DNA from: Basidiobolus ranarum | Taxonomy: Eukaryota | Assembly: GCA_040143965.1 (NCBI GenBank) | Contig: JASJQH010000046.1 | Coordinates: forward strand, 1 to 38,556 | Length of the DNA: 38,556 nt | Reading direction: 5' to 3' | Part shown: piece after piece, positions 33,077-38,556 of the stretch | Numbering within the stretch: the stretch's first letter is position 1 | Layout: each line of letters begins with the position of its first letter | Notes under the pieces: model-generated | Told to the model about the DNA's origin: nothing | The model's database searches: none | Seen by the model: only the letters and a program-made list of their open reading frames with translations | Translations under genes and position numbers: made by a program

Positions 33077-33646
33077 ATGTCGTGGCAAGCTTACGTCGAT
33101 AACAACTTGGTAGGTACTGGTTCTATTACCAAGGCTGCTATCTATGGTGCACAAGGTGGTGTCTGGGCTGCTTCCCCTGGTTTTGCTGTAAGTTCAATAT
33201 CATAGAGTATTTTGTATTGACGCTCCATTCTGACTAGTCCCAAATTCTATAGCTTCAAGGAAACGAGCTTGAGACTCTCATAAGAGCTTATCAAGATCCT
33301 ACTGACATTCGTACCAACGGTCTCCACATTGGTGGTGTCAAGTACTTCGCATTGAACGCTGACCAGCGTAGTATTTATGGCAAACAAGTAAGTATTTTCT
33401 GACGCAACTGAGAGCAACATCAATACTAAGTACTTTACTATTTTCTAAGGGTGCTGGTGGTGTTGTATGTGTCAAAACTGCCCAAGCCATTCTTATCGGA
33501 CTTTATGGTGATGGAATAGCACCAGGTGAAGCCACCAAGGTTGTTGAAGTCTTGGCTGATTATTTGATCTCCGTTGGTTATGTAAGTGACTTCCCACCAT
33601 TCTTTAACTGAAATGAAGCATATTGACATAACCTTATATTTAGTAA
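33077..33646 (+). CDS. PFY1: Profilin (126 aa); exons 33077-33187, 33253-33387, 33450-33581 and a stop-only coding exon 33644-33646
   Basis: MSWQAYVDNNLVGTG..KAAIYG..GGVWA.SPGF, NGLHIGGVKYF, RSIYGK, VCVKT.QAILIG.Y, ATKVVEVLADYLISVGY; three GTAAGT...AG introns. Confidence 0.95.
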
Positions 33647-34112
33647 ATAACTCGAACTCACATACTACCCGTGTTGATGGAAACCTAAGTAAAACAACCC
33701 TATTAGCTTTCTATTGCCTTGCCCATCCTTTTCATAACAATAAATCAATTAAATATACATATGCAACTAGGGTTATTAACTAATGATTGATACTTCATTT
33801 ATTGTTATTGAAAAATTGCATACATTGTCCTTGATTAGTAATTCGAGAGAAACATTATTTTGGACAGAAACTACTATATGGCACACAGGAAAGTAGTGTA
33901 AATAAAATGATCAAACGGGCAATTTCTGGAGATGAAATCATCAATTATATATATATATGAGAATATGAGAGAGAACTAAGGAAAATATGAAAAATCTAAT
34001 AAGAAAGAGATGGAATAATGAATAAGGTGCGGTAAGAAGGAATAGTATTGAACATTGAAAGAGTATGTCTTTCACATTAATCATTGGAAATTAAAGACTA
34101 TTCCTTCAAAGT

Positions 34113-35783
34113 TTAACAAATCACACATCCGTCCGAGTTCTCCTTGTCTCTTGATATCGCTTGCTTTTGGCCGCTGGAAGCACCGGACTTTTTGAGTTCA
34201 GACAGACGTTGCATAGCACGTTTGTTACCTTGGGCTGCGGCGCGCATATACCATTTCCTTGCTTCATTAAGATCTTGTCTTACTCCAATTCCTACTTCAG
34301 AATAATATCCTACTGCATATTCTGCCTTAGCAAGTCCTTTGTCTGCAGCTTTTCTAGCCCAGAGGTAAGCTTCTGTATCACTCTGCTTCAATATCCCTTC
34401 GGCTCCAGTAAGATACCACCCGGATAAAGCAAGCTCAGCTTCTGGGTCGCTTTGCTCAGCGGCACGAGTATACCAAGCGATTGAACGCCTGGGGTCTACT
34501 GGGCAAGAGATGGTTCCGTACTCATAACTGGAACCAAGTTTGAATTGAGAAGGAGCGTATCCCAACTGAGCAGCCTGTGTATACAGTTCTCGAGCATAGG
34601 ACTCATCAGGAATAATTGATGGGATTCCTTCTTTTTCGTAACATATACCCAACTCGTGTAAAGCATGTGGGTTTTCAGCATCGGCACTTGAAGCTGCGCG
34701 TTTTAACCAAGTAATAGCTTCACGTGGATTAGGATTTTGATTTAACAAGCCTTTCAATAAAGTCATGCCAAGTTTATACATCGCAGCAGTTTCGCCAAGA
34801 ATAGCTGCTTTACGGAAAAACTGGACCGCACGACTATAATCTCTCTTGGTACCAGCTCCAACTTCGTAACATACAGCAGCACGATACGTAGCAGATGGGT
34901 GATTTTGTTTGGAGGCTTGTACATACAAATTAAAAGCTTTTTCGTGGTCGACAGAAACACCCAGTGCTGCAGTTCCATAACAGTTGGCCAAAAAGAATTG
35001 CGCCTCAGGGAAAGCAGGACGACCGATGCCCATACCTTGAGTGGCAAGTCGCTTGATCCATTTAAGAGCTTCAGCCATTAAAGCTTTCTTCGTTTTCTCT
35101 GTGGCTTTGTCAGAGGCATTGAGATTGGTGGCAGTATCGATCAAGAATTTGGCAAAATCAAACTGTATACTGGGATCATTGCTTTTTTTAGCATTGATGC
35201 GGTATTGTTCAAGAGTGTTTCCTTGAGGAAGATGAGCCACAGAAGCGGTAGGGGAAGTTGGAGTGCTAACATTATTAGTGCTACTGCTAGATCTATTTGT
35301 CCTATTACCACTATAATTAGAACTAAAATGTGTCAGCTCAGGAGTAGACTTGTTAATGCTGTGGGTCTGGGAAGGTTGAGCATTGGGTGGATAGTTCTGT
35401 ACACCATAATTATTAGGTTTTTGTGGTGGATAGTTTTGAGCGCCATAATTTTGGCTCGCCTGAGGTGGATAAGCGCTACCTTGAACGCCAAAATTTTGGT
35501 TCGCTTGAGGTGGATAAGCGTTATTTTGGACGCCATAATCTGGTCTATGTTCAGATCCACGAGAGGGATATGAAGAAGAACTAGAGCTACTTTGAGTAGA
35601 TTGACGAGTGGGTGGATAAGCAGGAGATTCTTTAAAGGAAGGAGTTCTGGAAAATCCTGAAGTGCCTTCACCGGATGATTGAGAGCGGACATCGGAAGGG
35701 TTATTTTCAGACTCGGCGTACCGAGCAACAGTAGGTTGTTTTCTAGTAAAAACTACATTATTATCCTCAAAAGAACCATCCAT
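34113..35783 (-). CDS. SKT5: Sel1-repeat chitin synthase activator Skt5/Chs4-like (556 aa) with C-terminal CaaX
   Basis: Low-complexity N-terminus; LEQYRINAKKSNDP..QFDFAK.L; Sel1 repeats (AQFFLANCYG.., A.YRAAVCYEVG.GT, AELALSGWYLTGAEGIL.QSDTEAYLWA, AEYAVGYY.EVGIG); terminal CVIC. Confidence 0.92.
   Translation of the reverse strand: MDGSFEDNNVVFTRKQPTVARYAESENNPSDVRSQSSGEGTSGFSRTPSFKESPAYPPTRQSTQSSSSSSSYPSRGSEHRPDYGVQNNAYPPQANQNFGVQGSAYPPQASQNYGAQNYPPQKPNNYGVQNYPPNAQPSQTHSINKSTPELTHFSSNYSGNRTNRSSSSTNNVSTPTSPTASVAHLPQGNTLEQYRINAKKSNDPSIQFDFAKFLIDTATNLNASDKATEKTKKALMAEALKWIKRLATQGMGIGRPAFPEAQFFLANCYGTAALGVSVDHEKAFNLYVQASKQNHPSATYRAAVCYEVGAGTKRDYSRAVQFFRKAAILGETAAMYKLGMTLLKGLLNQNPNPREAITWLKRAASSADAENPHALHELGICYEKEGIPSIIPDESYARELYTQAAQLGYAPSQFKLGSSYEYGTISCPVDPRRSIAWYTRAAEQSDPEAELALSGWYLTGAEGILKQSDTEAYLWARKAADKGLAKAEYAVGYYSEVGIGVRQDLNEARKWYMRAAAQGNKRAMQRLSELKKSGASSGQKQAISRDKENSDGCVIC
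35376..35537 (-). repeat. Coding tandem repeat (39-45 nt units, about 4 copies) encoding (N)YGVQ..YPPQ peptides
   Basis: TGAGGTGGATAAGCG recurs at 45-nt spacing; the protein reads YGVQNNAYPPQANQN FGVQGSAYPPQASQN YGAQNYPPQKPNN YGVQNYPPNAQ. Confidence 0.8.
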
Positions 35784-36769
35784 TATGAGAAAATATCAGT
35801 GATAAAACGGAAAAGATGAAATTTAATTTGTTATTCTCGGCTTTTGTCAGACTGGTTTAACTATCGTATCAATGTAAATAAAGTAAGTATAATCGTAGAA
35901 GAAAACTCAACTCAGAAAAATTATAGTTTATGATAAATTTGTTGTTCAAGGAAAACGAAAGTCTATCACTTTGCTTACCTTTAAGTTTTTAGCACTGGTG
36001 CCAACAATGGTTGAACCCAGATACGGTTATGAATGTATTCCCCAGGTGATGGAAAATCAATGAAACCAACTAGGATCACCAGAATCCGCCCACTTTCGAA
36101 TTAGAAGTTTTACAATAGGGATTGATTTAAAAATACAACTTAACGAGCTCTATTAGATAAATAAAACAAATCCTACCCTTGTACCTCTATCGATCCAGAA
36201 CCGGATTTGACAAAACGCATGTTTAATGGTCTCAAGTAATCAGCAACTATAATCAAAAGAGGGATTTTAACTATTGGAAAGGTAGAAGGGAAGATTCCAA
36301 AATACGATAGCTGGATATTTTCGGAAGCAATCATGATAAAATATTTATCCACTTCAAGTCAACCAACAGAATCCTATGGTTTTCAGGAATGAATTGGGTG
36401 TTATTTACAGGCTAAATATCAGAATTTGGTTTAATTTATAGATTTCCGCCTAAGCTTACACATGACGTAATGATGTTGCTTTTAAAGGATTTCATATTTA
36501 CAAAATTTAAAGATGTAAGAGGTATAAATGAAATAAATTAAGCTACGAATGAATATATCATGAATTCTGATTCAATCCTTGGCACTAGTACCAACTTGGG
36601 CGGGAGGGTTGGACAAAAATATCTGGCTGATCAGACAATTGAATATCCACACATGTTCAACATCACTAAATAAAGGTGCATTTGCAATTGAATCGACCAG
36701 AATGTTGGAATGAAAGCACAAAGAATTTATTTCTCTTGCAAATTAAGTCATGATTGAAAAGACAATTTC

Positions 36770-37422
36770 TTAACGGCTGTTGGCAGCAACAACGGTGCGA
36801 GCACCCTTGGCTTGTTGCTTGGAGATCTTAGGTTGAGAAGCACGGTTTGCTTGCTTCTTGGTTTGATCAGCCTTCTTCTTATCCTTGGCGTCACGAATGG
36901 CAGCTTGGCGAGCGGCAGCACGAACTTCGGGCTTTTGGTTACGCTTGGCGCGGATGGCTTCCCAAGAGGCACCGACAACAGCACGTTGGTGCTTGACAGT
37001 ACGGCGGGTTCTCTTCTTAGCAATCTCCTCAGTGATACCCTTCTTGTGCATGCGACGGAAGACAACAGTCCAACTAATTTTACGGGGGTTCATGCGTTGT
37101 TGGAAGAGAGACTCAGTCTTGGAGTCAACGAAACGGAAGACCTAATATAATGTTCAAAATGAGTTAAATTGTATGTACTAATGAATAATGCTGATTGTAT
37201 GAAGCCATTACTTTGCTGTCGGAACGGACAAAGAGTCTACCATGACCAGGATAGATCTTGTATCCAGAGAAGGAGCAGATTTCAATTCTATGTAAAAGTG
37301 AGTTTAGCAAATGTGAAGTGACATTGTTGTAGAAGAATCATGACTCTATGCATCAATACACGGATGGATGTTTACAATTCTATTAAAGATTCGAATATCT
37401 ATGAACTAGGTACATACTTCAT
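36770..37422 (-). CDS. RPL24: 60S ribosomal protein L24 (eL24), three exons
   Basis: ATGAA|GTATGT first exon; [83 protein letters not shown]. Confidence 0.97.
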
Positions 37423-37527
37423 GTTGAGCTCTGTTAGCCGCTACGCAAGATTTGGGTAAAAGGCCGATTCTTTTTGAAAGTCGATAGGCTTTTAACGGAT
37501 CCTCAATGAAGAAATGAAGACATGAAT

Positions 37528-37545
37528 CTAGGGTGAGACCCCTAA
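37528..37545. promoter_or_regulatory. Putative Tbf1-type palindrome (TAGGG-N6-CCCTA) in the RPL24 promoter
   Basis: CTAGGG-TGAGAC-CCCTAA, about 106 bp upstream of the RPL24 ATG. Confidence 0.55.
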
Positions 37546-38114
37546 ATTTCCAAAATGTGATCTTTAGCATTCATTGGATGATTGGCTTTCAAACCTTTTA
37601 ACCAATATCTACACGATCATGATGAACCTAACCCATGAACCTAACCCTGTTGAATCGTTAATAGCAGTAATTTGAATACCGGCCCAAAAAATACACTAAC
37701 ATTTGAACCGGAAATAGGAGCTTTTGGCTGACAAAGTGATTAAAACAAATGCACAGTGGACTTTATCAAAGCAAATTTTACGAAAGCCTCTAATCATATA
37801 CTAGAAGCACTTGAATGGGATAAATTAGCCAATTTCCCATCTACAGTTAGGTAAAGCCATAACCAGTTCTTTGCCAATGCTCAGTATCCGGCAATCTATC
37901 ATCTTACTTGTTTACTGAAAAATGTAACTTTCCTAGACAAGGTTGTTGAGGTCGAATTCTGAGATATCTCCATCCTGACTAAAGGCGGTCTGACTTTGCT
38001 TTGTATAGGATGTAGCCAATTTGACAGTTTGAGTTGTCCTCAACACAAAGTCTAAAACTCAGAGTCTTCCCTCATTACACAAAGTAATCTCAACTATATT
38101 ATCAAGTGTCAATG

Positions 38115-38423
38115 TGTTGAAAATGACACAGCTTAAGCATCTATATAGTCATATAGCCAGCTACCTAAATTTCACTATATTATTATGAGATATCTTCATA
38201 AGGAATTTACGCTCAATATTGAGACCAACTTTAACTTGTCCAAGAGACTAAAAACTTTGTGCACATGTTCCTGGGACTTTCCTGAACATAAACTACAAGT
38301 TAGTTCATCTACTTATTGACAAAAGTATCAATTTCAACTTGTCCTCAATAAATCAGTAAGTGAAAACCACCAATTCTTCTAGTTCTCCAAATCACTTTCA
38401 ACAACTCTCAAAATACTTCAACA
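38115..38423 (+). repeat. Solo LTR of the same copia family (309 bp)
   Basis: TGTTGAA...TTCAACA termini; flanked by CAATG / CAGTG (5-bp target-site duplication, one mismatch). Shares CTATATAGTCATATA, AAACTTTG..CACATG and the 3' end with 716-993. Confidence 0.85.
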
Positions 38424-38445
38424 CAGTGGACCCCAAAATAGGATC

Positions 38446-38556
38446 TGTTAAAGTATTTGGGAGCCTGTTGGAAGTGGTTTGGAGAATTAGAGGAATTGGT
38501 GGTTTTCACTTATTGATTTATTGAGTATTCAGTTGACATTTATAGTTTTGTCAAGA
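38446..38556 (-). repeat. 3' end of a third LTR copy, inverted and truncated by the window edge
   Basis: The reverse complement ends ACCACCAATTCCTCTAATTCTCCAAACCACTTCCAACAGGCTCCCAAATACTTTAACA, nearly identical to about 936-993. Confidence 0.88.

Noticed and set aside
36748..37150. Overlapping and antisense ORFs across RPL24 (similar ones overlap the PDR, permease, SKT5 and secreted-protein genes)
   Set aside because: Shadow ORFs caused by codon bias in the real genes.
14775..37422. Minor-spliceosome (U12) or other non-canonical introns in the housekeeping genes
   Set aside because: The introns I traced are GT-AG with ordinary donors and no RTATCCTT donor was seen; not every intron was checked exhaustively.

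Overview
Eukaryotic, intron-rich fungal DNA, most consistent with an early-diverging fungus (Zoopagomycota/Mucoromycota, Basidiobolus-like; this placement is inference). The left end is Ty1/copia debris: an inverted integrase fragment, an RNase H fragment split by a 182-bp MITE, a polypurine tract and a 3' LTR. Next come an intronless full-size PDR/ABCG transporter and a divergently arranged array of five paralogous 175-aa secreted 8-Cys proteins. An intron-rich housekeeping block follows (UBX/FAF2-like, RRP43, PRE9, IWS1), then a head-to-head pair of intronless P-type PPR genes, a bacterial LysP-like amino-acid permease, HYM1/MO25, profilin, SKT5/CHS4 and RPL24. The right end holds two more LTRs of the same copia family, tail-to-tail. 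Best leads: the charge-diversified secreted-protein array, a PPR protein with a near all-purine recognition code, the LysP-like horizontal-transfer candidate with a fungal-type promoter, and a Tbf1-type palindrome upstream of RPL24. All coordinates, splice sites and homology calls were read by eye; no searches were run.
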